The notes under the pieces are model-generated. The model searched no databases. It was not told the DNA's origin and saw only the letters and a program-made list of their open reading frames with translations. The translations under genes and the position numbers were made by a program. Of a stretch of DNA of 64,000 nucleotides, positions 1 through 13,439 are shown one piece after another; the first letter of the stretch is position 1, and each line of letters starts with the position of its first letter. This DNA is from Escherichia coli. GTDB lineage: Bacteria; Pseudomonadota; Gammaproteobacteria; Enterobacterales; Enterobacteriaceae. The stretch lies in the NCBI RefSeq assembly GCF_046105845.1, contig NZ_CP151004.1; one strand, written 5' to 3'.

Positions 1-538
1 GGCGCTGGAGATGGCCAATCGTGGTGAAGGAAAGCTGCTCGATCAGTTCAATAATCCTGATAATCCCTTCGCTCATTACACCACCACCGGGCCGGAAATC
101 TGGCAGCAAACTGGCGGGCGCATTACCCATTTTGTCTCCAGCATGGGAACAACCGGCACTATCACCGGCGTTTCACGCTTTATGCGCGAACAATCCAAAC
201 CGGTGACCATTGTTGGCCTGCAGCCGGAAGAGGGCAGTAGCATTCCCGGCATTCGCCGCTGGCCTGCGGAATATCTGCCGGGGATTTTCAACGCTTCGCT
301 GGTGGATGAGGTGCTGGATATTCATCAGCGAGAAGCGGAAAACACCATGCGCGAACTGGCAGTGCGGGAAGGAATATTCTGTGGCGTCAGCTCCGGCGGC
401 GCGGTTGCCGGAGCACTGCGCGTGGCAAAAGCTACCCCCGGCGCGGTGGTTGTGGCGATCATCTGCGATCGCGGCGATCGCTACCTTTCTACCGGGGTGT
501 TTGGGGAAGAGCATTTTAGTCAGGGGGCGGGGATTTAA
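1..538 (+). CDS. cysM: Cysteine synthase B (O-acetylserine sulfhydrylase B), C-terminal part; 5' end lies upstream of the window
   Basis: Open frame from window start; translation ...NPDNPFAHYTTTGPEIWQQTGGRITHFVSSMGTTGTITGV...GDRYLSTGVFGEEHFSQGAGI recognised as CysM C-terminus. Confidence 0.9.
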   Translation, partial: ALEMANRGEGKLLDQFNNPDNPFAHYTTTGPEIWQQTGGRITHFVSSMGTTGTITGVSRFMREQSKPVTIVGLQPEEGSSIPGIRRWPAEYLPGIFNASLVDEVLDIHQREAENTMRELAVREGIFCGVSSGGAVAGALRVAKATPGAVVVAIICDRGDRYLSTGVFGEEHFSQGAGI

Positions 539-540
539 GA

Positions 541-933
<393 letters not shown>

Positions 934-934
934 G

Positions 935-1000
<66 letters not shown>

Positions 1001-1013
1001 GAGAAAAAATTAA

Positions 1014-1865
1014 ATGAGTAGTTTGTTGTTGTTTAACGATAAGAGCAGGGCATTGCAGGCGGATATCGTCGCCGTGCAGTCGCAGGTAGTGTACGGCAGC
1101 GTAGGCAACAGCATTGCCGTGCCTGCTATCAAACAGAACGGCCTGAATGTCTTTGCCGTGCCGACGGTATTGCTGAGCAATACACCGCATTATGACACTT
1201 TCTACGGTGGTGCGATTCCGGACGAATGGTTTAGCGGCTATTTGCGTGCGCTTCAGGAGCGTGATGCGTTGCGCCAACTTCGTGCTGTAACCACGGGCTA
1301 TATGGGAACGGCATCGCAAATCAAAATCCTTGCCGAGTGGCTGACTGCGCTACGCAAAGACCATCCTGACCTATTGATCATGGTCGATCCGGTGATTGGC
1401 GATATTGATAGCGGAATTTATGTCAAACCTGACCTTCCCGAGGCGTATCGACAATATTTACTGCCGCTGGCGCAGGGAATTACCCCCAATATTTTTGAGC
1501 TGGAAATCCTGACCGGTAAAAATTGCCGCGATCTCGACAGTGCCATTGCTGCCGCAAAAAGTCTGCTTTCAGACACATTAAAATGGGTGGTGATTACCAG
1601 CGCCTCCGGTAATGAAGAAAATCAGGAGATGCAGGTGGTGGTGGTCAGTGCCGACAGCGTGAATGTCATTTCCCATTCACGGGTTAAAACTGACCTGAAA
1701 GGGACTGGCGACCTGTTTTGTGCTCAGCTTATCAGTGGCTTGTTGAAAGGTAAGGAATTAACTGACGCGGTACATAGCGCGGGATTACGTGTGCTGGAGG
1801 TGATGCGCTATACCCAGCAGCATGGTAGCGATGAATTGATTTTGCCGCCGCTGGCGGAAGCATAA
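1014..1865 (+). CDS. pdxK: Pyridoxal/pyridoxamine/pyridoxine kinase
   Basis: 283-aa ORF recognised as PdxK; synteny next to crr. Confidence 0.85.
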   Translation: MSSLLLFNDKSRALQADIVAVQSQVVYGSVGNSIAVPAIKQNGLNVFAVPTVLLSNTPHYDTFYGGAIPDEWFSGYLRALQERDALRQLRAVTTGYMGTASQIKILAEWLTALRKDHPDLLIMVDPVIGDIDSGIYVKPDLPEAYRQYLLPLAQGITPNIFELEILTGKNCRDLDSAIAAAKSLLSDTLKWVVITSASGNEENQEMQVVVVSADSVNVISHSRVKTDLKGTGDLFCAQLISGLLKGKELTDAVHSAGLRVLEVMRYTQQHGSDELILPPLAEA

Positions 1866-1893
1866 AAAATGGCGCCGATGGGCGCCATTTTTC
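1866..1893. terminator. Bidirectional rho-independent terminator between convergent pdxK and crr
   Basis: Hairpin atggcgcc-gatg-ggcgccat flanked by A-run and T-run. Confidence 0.7.
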
Positions 1894-1906
1894 ACTGCGG
1901 CAAGAA

Positions 1907-2416
1907 TTACTTCTTGATGCGGATAACCGGGGTTTCACCCACGGTTACGCTACCGGACAGTTTGATCAGTTCTTTGATTTCGTCCATGTTGGAGATAACA
2001 ACCGGAGTCAGGGTAGACTTGGCTTTCTCTTCCAGCAGCGGCAGATCAAATTCAATGACAGTATCGCCAACTTTCACGCGCTGACCTTCTTCAGCAATAC
2101 GCTTGAAGCCTTCGCCTTTCAGTTCAACGGTGTCGATACCGAAGTGGACGAACAGTTCAACGCCGCTATCAGATTCGATAGAGAACGCGTGGTTAGTTTC
2201 AAAGATTTTACCAATGGTGCCGTCTACAGGCGCGACCATTTTGTTTCCAGTTGGTTTGATAGCAATGCCATCACCAACGATTTTTTCCGCAAAAACGACA
2301 TCCGGCACGTCTTCGATATTGACGATCTCGCCAGAGAGCGGAGCAATGATCTCAATAGTTCCGGTATCCTTCTTGTCGTCGGAAACCAGAGATTTCAGTT
2401 TATCGAACAAACCCAT
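1907..2416 (-). CDS. crr: PTS glucose-specific enzyme IIA (EIIA-Glc)
   Basis: 169-aa [19 protein letters not shown]... recognised as Crr. Confidence 0.95.
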
Positions 2417-2456
2417 GATCTTCTCCTAAGCAGTAAATTGGGCCGCATCTCGTGGA

Positions 2457-4184
2457 TTAGCAGATTGTTTTTTCTTCAATGAACTTGTTAACCAGCGTCA
2501 TTAACTCGTCCGTTGTCGGTTGAGCAAGAGCCTGCTCTGCTAACACCTTCGCATCTTCGAAGTTCGTGTTACGGATAATCTTCTTAATGCGCGGGATAGA
2601 AATGGCGCTCATAGAGAATTCGTCCAGACCCATCCCCAGCAACAGAAGTGTAGCACGTTCATCGCCAGCAAGCTCACCACACATGCCAGTCCATTTGCCT
2701 TCAGCATGAGAAGCATCAATAACTTGCTTGATCAAGTTCAGCACGGACGGTGACATTGGCTGGTAAAGGTGTGAAATCATATCATTACCACGGTCAACTG
2801 CCAGAGTGTACTGCGTTAAATCATTGGTGCCGATACTAAAGAAATCAACTTCTTTGGCTAAATGACGTGCAATTGTTGCGGCAGCCGGTGTTTCCACCAT
2901 TACGCCGATTTCAATTGACTCGTCAAACGCTTTACCTTCGTCGCGCAGTTCCTGTTTGTAGATTTCGATCTCTTTGCGCAGTGCACGTACTTCTTCAACA
3001 GAGATGATCATCGGGAACATAATGCGCAATTTACCGAAAGCCGAGGCACGCAGGATAGCGCGGAGCTGATCGCGCAGGATCTCTTTACGATCCATCGCGA
3101 TACGGATAGCGCGCCAGCCGAGGAACGGGTTCTCTTCTTTCGGGAAGTTCATGTATGGCAGCTCTTTGTCGCCGCCGATGTCCATGGTACGAACGATAAC
3201 CGCCTGCGAGCCACACGCTTCAGCCACTGCTTTGTAAGCAGCAAACTGTTCTTCTTCAGTGGGCAGCGCGTCGCGGTCCATGAACAGGAACTCAGTACGA
3301 TACAGACCAACGCCTTCAGCGCCGTTACGCTCTGCACCTTCAACGTCACGAACCGTACCAATGTTAGCGCACACTTCTACCTGGTGACCGTCCAGCGTAA
3401 TAGCTGGCAGATCTTTCAGTTTAGCAAGCTCTGCTTTTTCAGAAGCCACTTGCTCCTGAACAGCGCGCATTTTATCAATAACTTCGTTGGTTGGATTGAC
3501 GTAAACCTGATTATTTACGGCATCCAGAATCAGATAGTCGTCATTTTTCACCTGAGAGGTGACGCTACCGGTACCCACGATAGCAGGCAGTTCCAGAGAA
3601 CGCGCCATGATAGAGGTGTGGGAAGTACGGCCACCCGCGTCGGTGATGAAACCCAGCACCTTCTTCAGGTTCAGCTGTGCGGTTTCGGACGGCGTCAGGT
3701 CAGCGGCAACCAGAATGACTTCATCCTGAATGGCGCTCAGGTCGATAATCTTCAGGCCCAGGATGTTGCGCAGCAGGCGCTTACCGATATCACGTACGTC
3801 AGCCGCACGTTCTTTCAGGTATTCATCATCCAGCTCTTCCAGGGCAGAAGCCTGACCTTCGATAACTTCATGAGCAGCTGCGTCAGCTGTCATGTGCTTA
3901 TCTTTAATCAGGGCTATGATTTCCTGCTCCAGCTCCTCATCTTCGAGCAGCATAATATGCCCTTCAAAGATGGCTTCTTTTTCTTCACCGAACGTTTCAC
4001 CAGCTTTCGTTTTGATCGTTTCCAGCTGGGCTGATGCCTTGGCACGACCGCTCAGAAAACGTTCAACTTCCTGATCAACCTGGTCGGCAGAAATTTTTTT
4101 CCGGTCAATGACAATTTCGTCTTCTTTCAGAAGCAGAGCTTTACCGAAAGCGATACCCGGGGATGCTAAAATGCCTGAAATCAT
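2457..4184 (-). CDS. ptsI: PTS enzyme I (phosphoenolpyruvate-protein phosphotransferase)
   Basis: 575-aa [22 protein letters not shown]... recognised as PtsI. Confidence 0.95.
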   Translation of the reverse strand: MISGILASPGIAFGKALLLKEDEIVIDRKKISADQVDQEVERFLSGRAKASAQLETIKTKAGETFGEEKEAIFEGHIMLLEDEELEQEIIALIKDKHMTADAAAHEVIEGQASALEELDDEYLKERAADVRDIGKRLLRNILGLKIIDLSAIQDEVILVAADLTPSETAQLNLKKVLGFITDAGGRTSHTSIMARSLELPAIVGTGSVTSQVKNDDYLILDAVNNQVYVNPTNEVIDKMRAVQEQVASEKAELAKLKDLPAITLDGHQVEVCANIGTVRDVEGAERNGAEGVGLYRTEFLFMDRDALPTEEEQFAAYKAVAEACGSQAVIVRTMDIGGDKELPYMNFPKEENPFLGWRAIRIAMDRKEILRDQLRAILRASAFGKLRIMFPMIISVEEVRALRKEIEIYKQELRDEGKAFDESIEIGVMVETPAAATIARHLAKEVDFFSIGTNDLTQYTLAVDRGNDMISHLYQPMSPSVLNLIKQVIDASHAEGKWTGMCGELAGDERATLLLLGMGLDEFSMSAISIPRIKKIIRNTNFEDAKVLAEQALAQPTTDELMTLVNKFIEEKTIC

Positions 4185-4228
4185 AACCCTACCTTACTTG
4201 TGACTGATTTTTAAAAGAACCCGGGAAA

Positions 4229-4486
4229 TTACTCGAGTTCCGCCATCAGTTTAACCAGATGTTCAACCGCTTTCTGCTCGTCTTCGCCTTCTGCGGAGAT
4301 AGTCACAACGGTACCTTGAGTCAGGCCCAGAGTCTGCAGTTTAAACAGGCTTTTCGCGCTGGCGCTTTTGCCGTTGGAAGTCACAGTAATTTCAGAAGTG
4401 AAGCCCTTAGCTTCTTTTACAAACTGGGCAGCAGGGCGGGTGTGCAGACCGTTCGGAGCGGTAATGGTAACTTCTTGCTGGAACAT
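4229..4486 (-). CDS. ptsH: Phosphocarrier protein HPr
   Basis: 85-aa [32 protein letters not shown]... recognised as HPr. Confidence 0.95.
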
Positions 4487-4818
4487 TGTATTTCCCCAAC
4501 TTATAGGTTTAGTGTTGTGGAACTAAAGTCTAGCCTGGCGGTTCGACTTTAGCCTGTATTGTTAGCGCCAGTTTTTAACAGACGCGATGCACGAAGAGCG
4601 CAATACAGTCCATTGCTGGCGGGTGTTGACCGCTGACGTTTCGTACGTCATTAAACATTATGCCGCTAAAGGAAGAATTGAACCAAATCATAAAATCGAT
4701 TCAGCTTTGGCTTTTCCTGTAACGATTAATTTCGCGCATCAAAATAATTAGTCTGGTTAAATACCAGTTCCGACAGGCTGAATCAATGCCAGGAGGGGCG
4801 AAAGTTTGAAGCAGGCCA

Positions 4819-4848
4819 CAAAAAAGCACCTGAAAAGGTGCTTTTTTA
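4819..4848. terminator. Rho-independent terminator downstream of cysK (minus strand)
   Basis: Hairpin agcacc-tgaaaa-ggtgct flanked by A-run and T-run. Confidence 0.6.
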
Positions 4849-4869
4849 CGCATTTTTAACAAGCTGGCA

Positions 4870-5841
4870 TTACTGTTGCAATTCTTTCTCAGTGAAGAGA
4901 TCGGCAAACAATGCGGTGCTTAAATAACGCTCACCCGATGACGGTAGAATAACCACAATATTCTTGTTGGTAAAGCTTTCATCTTCTTGTAGTTTCAACG
5001 CCGCAGCAACAGCTGCTCCAGAAGAGATACCTGCAAGAATACCTTCTTCTTCCATCAGACGACGCGCGGTAGAAATGGCTTCTTCATTGGTGATGCCAAT
5101 GACTTTATCGACCAGCTTGAGATCGAGGTTCGCCGGGATAAAACCAGCGCCAATACCCTGAATTTTATGCGGGCCAGGTTTAATCTCTTCACCTGCCAGC
5201 GCCTGGGCGATAACTGGAGAATCGGTTGGCTCAACGGCGACAGAGATAAGATCGGTCTTGCCTTTGGTGCCTTTAATGTAGCGGCTGACGCCGGTCAGCG
5301 TACCGCCAGTCCCAACGCCAGCAATAAATACATCAACCTGACCGTCGGTATCTTCCCAGATCTCCGGACCGGTGGTTTTTTCGTGAATTTCAGGGTTTGC
5401 CGGATTGCTGAATTGTTGCAGCAGCAGGTATTTCTCTGGATTGCTGGCGACAATTTCTTCTGCTTTTTGGATTGCGCCTTTCATGCCTTTAGCACCTTCG
5501 GTCAGCACCAGGTTTGCACCTAACGCTTTCAGCAGCTTGCGGCGTTCAATACTCATGGTTTCTGGCATGGTCAGGGTGAGTTTGTAACCGCGAGCGGCAG
5601 CGACATAGGCCAGTGCAATCCCGGTATTACCGCTGGTCGGTTCAACCAGTTCAACGCCTGGTTTCAGCACGCCGCGCTTTTCGGCATCCCAAATCATGTT
5701 GGCACCGATACGGCACTTAACGCTGAAGCTGGGGTTACGAGATTCCACCTTCGCCAGAATGCGTCCGTTACCGATGCGATTCAGGCGAACCAGCGGCGTG
5801 TGACCGATAGTCAGCGAGTTATCTTCAAAAATCTTACTCAT
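4870..5841 (-). CDS. cysK: Cysteine synthase A (O-acetylserine sulfhydrylase A)
   Basis: 323-aa [47 protein letters not shown]... recognised as CysK. Confidence 0.95.
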   Translation of the reverse strand: MSKIFEDNSLTIGHTPLVRLNRIGNGRILAKVESRNPSFSVKCRIGANMIWDAEKRGVLKPGVELVEPTSGNTGIALAYVAAARGYKLTLTMPETMSIERRKLLKALGANLVLTEGAKGMKGAIQKAEEIVASNPEKYLLLQQFSNPANPEIHEKTTGPEIWEDTDGQVDVFIAGVGTGGTLTGVSRYIKGTKGKTDLISVAVEPTDSPVIAQALAGEEIKPGPHKIQGIGAGFIPANLDLKLVDKVIGITNEEAISTARRLMEEEGILAGISSGAAVAAALKLQEDESFTNKNIVVILPSSGERYLSTALFADLFTEKELQQ

Positions 5842-6025
5842 GGCCTGTCCTTAACTGTATGAAATTGGGATACAACAGGTAGCATACCCGCTCAGAGAAT
5901 ATGCGGAAGTAAGGATTTAGCATATCTATATGCAGAAGGGAAATAATGACATGCAAGATGGAATAAGGGGCGGCATAAGCCACCCCTGTTTCACACAAGC
6001 GGTTTACAAAATAACCGGTAGATTG

Positions 6026-6787
6026 TTACCGCCACATCGCGTGTTTATCGCGATAGCAATCGACCCACATCGCCGTCGCACCACAAACGGCAACGGGCAT
6101 GATGAACAGATTAAGCAGAGGGATCATCGTAAACAGGCTGGTTAAAGCACCAAACTGCATATTGGTGATTTTGCGTGTGCGCAGGGCGGTGCGCATCTCT
6201 TTAAACGGCACTTTGTGGTTATCGAAGGGGTAATCGCAATACTGGATGGCTAACATCCAGGCGCTAAACAGGAACCACAGTACCGGCGCGACGGTTTGCC
6301 CAATACCAGGGATGAAGTAAAGAATTAGCAATACAATTGCGCGCGGCAGATACCAGGCAAATTTTTGCCATTCGCGTTTCATGATTCGCGGCACATCTTT
6401 CATGATACCGAAAATCCCGGTATCTGGCGGTGTAGCGCCAGTCAATCGTGCTTCCAGTTGTTCAGCCAATAAACCATTGAACGGAGCGGCAATCCAGTTA
6501 GCAATCGTTGAGAAGAAATAGCCAAACACTAACAGCACAGAGATGACAGCCAGAGGCCACAACAGATAGCTCAGCCATTGTAACCAGTCCGGAACATAAC
6601 TCATGAGAGTCGGGATCCAGACATCGAGTTGCGTAAAGAGCCACCAGAATGCGCCCCCCATCAACAAAATATTGACCAGCAGCGGTAAAATAACGAAACG
6701 CCGAATCCCAGGTTGCGAGACGAGCTTCCAGCCTTGCGCAAAATAGTAAAAACCGCTGCGTGGGGCAGATGTGAATGATGAAACCAT
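6026..6787 (-). CDS. cysZ: Sulfate transporter CysZ
   Basis: 253-aa multi-pass membrane ORF recognised as CysZ; synteny next to cysK. Confidence 0.9.
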
Positions 6788-7016
6788 AATCAGGATGAGC
6801 TCCTTTTGACCAATCCCAGGAAAATTCTGCGTATTTTACCGGGTAATTGCGCAATGGACAGTTAGGATATGTTCGAAAAAACAGCAAAAAGCACGATTTC
6901 ATCTATCTTTGTGCTGTGAAAGTTAATAGTGCACTTGCACTTGAGGTAATCGGCAAATACTCTTAGTGAGTAAATGTTTGCCGTGGTGGCAAGGTGTTAG
7001 AACAACAGAGAATATA

Positions 7017-8015
7017 ATGATGCAGGATTTGCGTCTGATATTAATCATTGTTGGCGCGATCGCCATAATCGCTTTACTGGTACATGGTTTCTGGACCAGC
7101 CGTAAAGAACGATCTTCTATGTTCCGCGATCGGCCATTAAAACGAATGAAGTCAAAACGTGACGACGATTCTTATGACGAGGATGTCGAAGATGATGAGG
7201 GCGTTGGTGAGGTTCGTGTTCACCGCGTGAATCATGCCCCGGCTAACGCCCAGGAGCATGAGGCTGCTCGTCCGTCGCCGCAACACCAGTACCAACCGCC
7301 TTATGCGTCTGCGCAGCCGCGTCAACCGGTCCAGCAGCCGCCTGAAGCGCAAGTACCGCCGCAACATGCTCCGCGTCCAGCGCAGCCGGTGCAGCAACCC
7401 GTGCAGCAGCCTGCCTATCAGCCGCAGCCTGAACAGCCGTTGCAGCAGCCAGTTTCGCCACAGGTCGCATCAGCGCCACAGCCAGTGCATTCAGCACCGC
7501 AACCGGCACAACAGGCTTTCCAGCCTGCAGAGCCTGTAGCGGCACCACAGCCTGAGCCTGTAGCGGAACCGGCTCCAGTTATGGATAAACCGAAGCGCAA
7601 AGAAGCGGTGATTATCATGAACGTCGCGGCGCATCACGGTAGCGAGCTAAACGGTGAACTGCTTCTTAACAGCATTCAACAAGCGGGCTTCATTTTTGGC
7701 GATATGAATATTTACCATCGTCATCTTAGCCCGGATGGCAGCGGCCCGGCGTTATTCAGCCTGGCGAATATGGTGAAACCGGGAACCTTTGATCCTGAAA
7801 TGAAGGATTTCACTACTCCGGGTGTCACTATCTTTATGCAGGTACCGTCTTACGGTGACGAGCTGCAGAACTTCAAGCTGATGCTGCAATCTGCGCAGCA
7901 TATTGCCGATGAAGTGGGCGGTGTCGTGCTTGACGATCAGCGCCGTATGATGACTCCGCAGAAATTGCGCGAGTACCAGGACATCATCCGCGAAGTCAAA
8001 GACGCCAACGCCTGA
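7017..8015 (+). CDS. zipA: Cell division protein ZipA (start taken at ATG ATG CAG, 51 nt inside the track ORF)
   Basis: N-terminal TM helix [26 protein letters not shown], charged region, long P/Q-rich linker and C-terminal FtsZ-binding domain. Confidence 0.9.
7270..7590 (+). repeat. Low-complexity Pro/Gln-rich coding repeats (ZipA flexible linker)
   Basis: Repeated cag-ccg-gtg-cag-cag-cc motifs encoding PQPVQQP-type units. Confidence 0.5.
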
Positions 8016-8076
8016 TACACTTAAGGCAAATTAACTCCTCTTCGAACCCCCGCTTGTCGGGGGTTTTTAGCATTGA

Positions 8077-10101
<2,025 letters not shown>

Positions 10102-10102
10102 G

Positions 10103-10321
10103 ATGGAAAAAGAGCAGCTGATTGAAATAGCCAATACGATAATGCCGTTTGGCAAATACAAAGGGCGTCGCTTAATCGACCTGCCGGAGGAGTATCTTCT
10201 GTGGTTTGCCCGCAAAGATGAGTTCCCGGCAGGGAAGCTCGGTGAGCTAATGCAAATCACGCTGCTGATTAAAACTGAGGGGCTGACGCAACTGGTCCAG
10301 CCCCTGAAGCGTCCTCTTTAA
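10103..10321 (+). CDS. ypeB: Small protein YpeB (DUF3820); start taken at MEKEQLIEIANT, 2 nt after the ligA stop
   Basis: 72-aa ORF immediately downstream of ligA, as in K-12. Confidence 0.7.
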   Translation: MEKEQLIEIANTIMPFGKYKGRRLIDLPEEYLLWFARKDEFPAGKLGELMQITLLIKTEGLTQLVQPLKRPL

Positions 10322-11316
10322 GCTTTATTGGCGCGGCTTTCCTGCTGCGCCTGTAACTGTTCGGTCTGGTGTTTGTATCGACGCGCCAGCACCGCACAGA
10401 CCATCAATTGGATCTGATGGAAAATCATCAGAGGCAGCACCATCATACCGATCACCGATGTGGGGAAAAGAATGTTTGCCATCGGGATGCCATTTGCCAG
10501 ACTCTTTTTCGAACCACAAAAGACGATAGTAATTTCATCTGCCTTATTGAAGCCCAGTCGGCGTGCCATAAAGACGTTAACTACAATCACGATAGCCAGA
10601 AGAACGCAGCTGACCACCACGATAAACAGCAATGATCCCCAGCCAACTTTATGCCAGATACCATTAACAACGGCTTCGCTGAACGCTGTATAAACCACCA
10701 ATAGAATGGACGTCTGGTCAGTTTTCGCAATCCATTTTTTATTGCGCGACACCCAGTCACCAATCCACGGCCGGGAAAGATGCCCCAACACAAACGGCAG
10801 CAGCAGTTGCAGCATAATTTTACCGACCTGCTCAAGGCTGCCCCCTGCACCGTGAACATTCATCACCAGACCAACCAGCAATGGTGAAAGGAAAATCCCC
10901 AGCAGGCTGGATGCTGACGCAGAACAAACCGCCGCCGCGACGTTACCGCCCGCCATTGACGTGAAGGCGATTGCAGACTGCACGGTAGCGGGGAGAATGC
11001 ACAAGTAGAGAAAACCGGAGTAGAGCATCGGGTCGACATTTACCGGTTTCCACCAGGCAAACAGCACGCCCAGAATCGGAAACAGCACGAAGGTGCTGCA
11101 CATTACCCACAAATGCAGTCGCCAGTGCCCACCGCCAGCAATAATCGCCTCACGCGACAACTTCGCGCCGTGCATAAAAAACAGCAGGGCAATCGCTGCG
11201 GTGGTCAGATTTTCAAAGAAGGGGACGAAATCGCCTCTGGCCGGAAAGAAAGAGGCCAGCAACACCACCGTGATCAGGGTTAAGGTGAAAGGATCGAGGA
11301 TACGAAAAAGTTTCAT
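10318..11316 (-). CDS. yfeH: Bile acid:sodium symporter (BASS) family inner membrane transporter
   Basis: 332-aa polytopic membrane ORF recognised as YfeH; 3' end overlaps convergent ypeB by 4 nt. Confidence 0.8.
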   Translation of the reverse strand: MKLFRILDPFTLTLITVVLLASFFPARGDFVPFFENLTTAAIALLFFMHGAKLSREAIIAGGGHWRLHLWVMCSTFVLFPILGVLFAWWKPVNVDPMLYSGFLYLCILPATVQSAIAFTSMAGGNVAAAVCSASASSLLGIFLSPLLVGLVMNVHGAGGSLEQVGKIMLQLLLPFVLGHLSRPWIGDWVSRNKKWIAKTDQTSILLVVYTAFSEAVVNGIWHKVGWGSLLFIVVVSCVLLAIVIVVNVFMARRLGFNKADEITIVFCGSKKSLANGIPMANILFPTSVIGMMVLPLMIFHQIQLMVCAVLARRYKHQTEQLQAQQESRANKA

Positions 11317-11405
11317 AAAGACTCCAGATGATCGATGGTTCTATTGTGCTTCTTCCAGTTTGAGAAATAAAATTGATTTATTGCATCCATTCATGAAGAA
11401 AACAG

Positions 11406-12332
11406 ATGAATTATTCTTTAAAACAATTAAAGGTTTTCGTCACAGTAGCGCAGGAGAAAAGTTTTAGTCGTGCAGGAGAGCGTATCGGCCTGAGCCAGTC
11501 GGCAGTGAGTCACAGTGTGAAGGAGCTGGAAAATCATACTGGTGTTCGCCTGCTGGACAGAACCACGCGTGAAGTGGTGCTTACAGATGCAGGGCAGCAG
11601 TTGGCTTTGCGTCTTGAGCGACTGCTGGATGAACTTAACAGCACGTTGCGCGATACCGGGCGTATGGGGCAACAACTGAGCGGAAAAGTTCGGGTCGCTG
11701 CCAGCCAGACCATTTCCGCGCATCTTATTCCGCAATGCATTGCTGAAAGCCATCGCCGCTATCCAGATATTCAGTTTGTCCTGCACGATCGTCCGCAGCA
11801 GTGGGTGATGGAAAGTATTCGCCAGGGAGATGTCGATTTTGGCATCGTCATCGATCCAGGCCCAGTGAGCGATCTGCAATGTGAAGCGATTCTTTCCGAG
11901 CCTTTCTTCTTGCTTTGCCATCGCGATAGCGCTTTGGCCGAGGAAGATTATGTACCCTGGCAGGCATTACAGGGAGCGAAATTGGTGTTGCAGGATTACG
12001 CGTCAGGCAGCCGACCGCTGATTGACGCAGCTCTGGCGCGCAACGGTATTCAGGCGAATATTGTGCAGGAGATTGGTCATCCGGCGACGCTGTTCCCGAT
12101 GGTAGCCGCAGGCATCGGCATCAGTATTCTTCCCGCACTGGCGCTACCATTGCCTGAAGGTAGCCCACTGGTGATAAAGCGCATTACACCGGTGGTAGAA
12201 CGCCAGTTGATGCTGGTGCGCAGGAAGAACCGTTCACTTTCCACCGCCGCACAAGCGTTATGGGACGTGGTACGAGACCAGGGCCATGCGCTAATGGCTG
12301 GGCGGGAAGGGGATCCGTTGTATCAGATATAG
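11406..12332 (+). CDS. yfeR: LysR-family transcriptional regulator
   Basis: 308-aa ORF with N-terminal HTH ([38 protein letters not shown]) and LysR substrate-binding domain. Confidence 0.85.
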   Translation: MNYSLKQLKVFVTVAQEKSFSRAGERIGLSQSAVSHSVKELENHTGVRLLDRTTREVVLTDAGQQLALRLERLLDELNSTLRDTGRMGQQLSGKVRVAASQTISAHLIPQCIAESHRRYPDIQFVLHDRPQQWVMESIRQGDVDFGIVIDPGPVSDLQCEAILSEPFFLLCHRDSALAEEDYVPWQALQGAKLVLQDYASGSRPLIDAALARNGIQANIVQEIGHPATLFPMVAAGIGISILPALALPLPEGSPLVIKRITPVVERQLMLVRRKNRSLSTAAQALWDVVRDQGHALMAGREGDPLYQI

Positions 12333-12664
12333 ATATCGATCTGAGTCGTTTTTTCAACAGGATTTGGAAGGGATGCATTCAGAGACAAACGCTGCTCTTT
12401 CTCCTGCGCTTTTTCTGCCTGCTGTCTTTGCAACTGCGCCAGTTGTGTTTCCAGTAGGGTGATTTGCTGCTGAATCAATTCGGCCTGTTTTTGCTTGTCT
12501 TCAGCACTGCCGCTAGTGTCTGCAATCTCTTTAATTTGTTGAGTGAGTTTGATGATTTGCTGACTTATCCGCGCAATTTGTGAAGCAACATCGCTACCTT
12601 CTGATGCCCTGTTACTACTCTGTGTTTGTATGGAAGGAATTGAAGTTGGAGAGATAGTGGCCAT
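12323..12664 (-). CDS. FlxA-like protein (Ser/Thr-rich N-terminus, Gln-rich coiled-coil); lies where K-12 carries xapABR-yfeN
   Basis: 113-aa [20 protein letters not shown]...[48 protein letters not shown]; GAGGA RBS 7 nt upstream; sigma-28-like promoter just upstream. Confidence 0.6.
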   Translation of the reverse strand: MATISPTSIPSIQTQSSNRASEGSDVASQIARISQQIIKLTQQIKEIADTSGSAEDKQKQAELIQQQITLLETQLAQLQRQQAEKAQEKEQRLSLNASLPNPVEKTTQIDIYI

Positions 12665-12692
12665 TGTTCAGTCCTCGTCACTGTACGAGGTA

Positions 12693-12719
12693 ATATCGGC
12701 AGAAGAACAAGGAACTTGA
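12693..12719 (-). promoter_or_regulatory. Putative sigma-28 (FliA) promoter for the FlxA-like gene
   Basis: Minus strand reads TCAAGTTC-N11-GCCGATAT versus consensus TAAAGTTT-N11-GCCGATAA, about 30 nt upstream of the start codon. Confidence 0.5.
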
Positions 12720-12751
12720 GAAGAAAAATCAATCTTACAAACCGCATATAG

Positions 12752-12778
12752 CAAAAAAGCGCCTTTAGGGCGCCTTTT
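12752..12778. terminator. Rho-independent terminator at the end of the valU-valX-valY-lysV tRNA operon
   Basis: Hairpin gcgcc-tttag-ggcgc flanked by A-run and T-run, immediately 3' of lysV on the minus strand. Confidence 0.7.
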
Positions 12779-12783
12779 TACAT

Positions 12784-12859
12784 TGGTGGGTCGTGCAGGA
12801 TTCGAACCTGCGACCAATTGATTAAAAGTCAACTGCTCTACCAACTGAGCTAACGACCC
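12784..12859 (-). tRNA. lysV: tRNA-Lys (anticodon UUU)
   Basis: Reverse complement matches canonical E. coli tRNA-Lys including CCA end. Confidence 0.95.
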
Positions 12860-12863
12860 GAAG

Positions 12864-12939
12864 TGGTGGGTGATGACGGGATCGAACCGCCGACCCCCTC
12901 CTTGTAAGGGAGGTGCTCTCCCAGCTGAGCTAATCACCC
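12864..12939 (-). tRNA. valY: tRNA-Val (anticodon UAC)
   Basis: Reverse complement matches canonical E. coli tRNA-Val(UAC) including CCA end. Confidence 0.95.
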
Positions 12940-12985
12940 ACTTCGGTACTTCACATTTTTACAAGAAATTTAGCTGGTGAGAAAG

Positions 12986-13061
12986 TGGTGGGTGATGACG
13001 GGATCGAACCGCCGACCCCCTCCTTGTAAGGGAGGTGCTCTCCCAGCTGAGCTAATCACCC
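12986..13061 (-). tRNA. valX: tRNA-Val (anticodon UAC)
   Basis: Second identical tRNA-Val copy, 46-bp spacer. Confidence 0.95.
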
Positions 13062-13105
13062 ACTTCTCAATTTCTTGCTACACGGCGGAGACTACATAAA
13101 GTAGT

Positions 13106-13181
13106 TGGTGGGTGATGACGGGATCGAACCGCCGACCCCCTCCTTGTAAGGGAGGTGCTCTCCCAGCTGAGCTAATCACCC
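13106..13181 (-). tRNA. valU: tRNA-Val (anticodon UAC)
   Basis: Third identical tRNA-Val copy; first gene of the operon. Confidence 0.95.
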
Positions 13182-13439
13182 CCGCTGTGTGGAGTCGCAT
13201 TATAGGGAGAGTTCAAAATGAGTCAACGCATTTTCTAAAGAAATTGTTCGTTCGTCGTAAATTTAAGCAAGATGATCGCAAAACAGACCGTGTTGCGCAA
13301 TTTGTCAACGAAAACAATAATGCGTAAGGTTGCAACCCGAACTACATTGAGGAATCAGGCGGGAGTGATAGAATATCGCCCACTCAATTTTTCCAGGATT
13401 TGCCGGTTGTCGGCATCTTTCTAAACGTAAGGCCATTTC

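Noticed and set aside
3384-4034. 216-aa plus-strand ORF antisense to ptsI (similar long antisense ORFs at 13305-14366 opposite gltX, 18610-19560 opposite nupC, 23579-24271 opposite glk, 26238-27026 opposite ypdF, 35140-35580 opposite alaC)
   Set aside because: Each lies entirely inside and opposite a well-recognised conserved gene and has low-complexity or biased composition; typical spurious antisense frames.
6966-7016. Upstream extension of the zipA ORF ([17 protein letters not shown]...)
   Set aside because: The extension has no membrane anchor logic; the conserved ZipA N-terminus begins at MMQDLRL (7017).
7234-7618. Arg-rich and Ala-rich ORFs in alternative frames of the zipA linker
   Set aside because: Artefacts of the CAG/CCG-rich repeat encoding the ZipA P/Q linker; the ZipA frame has the recognisable domains.
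12784-13181. Possible CRISPR-like array suggested by four near-identical 76-bp units with short spacers
   Set aside because: The units are complete tRNA genes (three tRNA-Val, one tRNA-Lys) with CCA ends; no cas genes nearby; not a CRISPR array.
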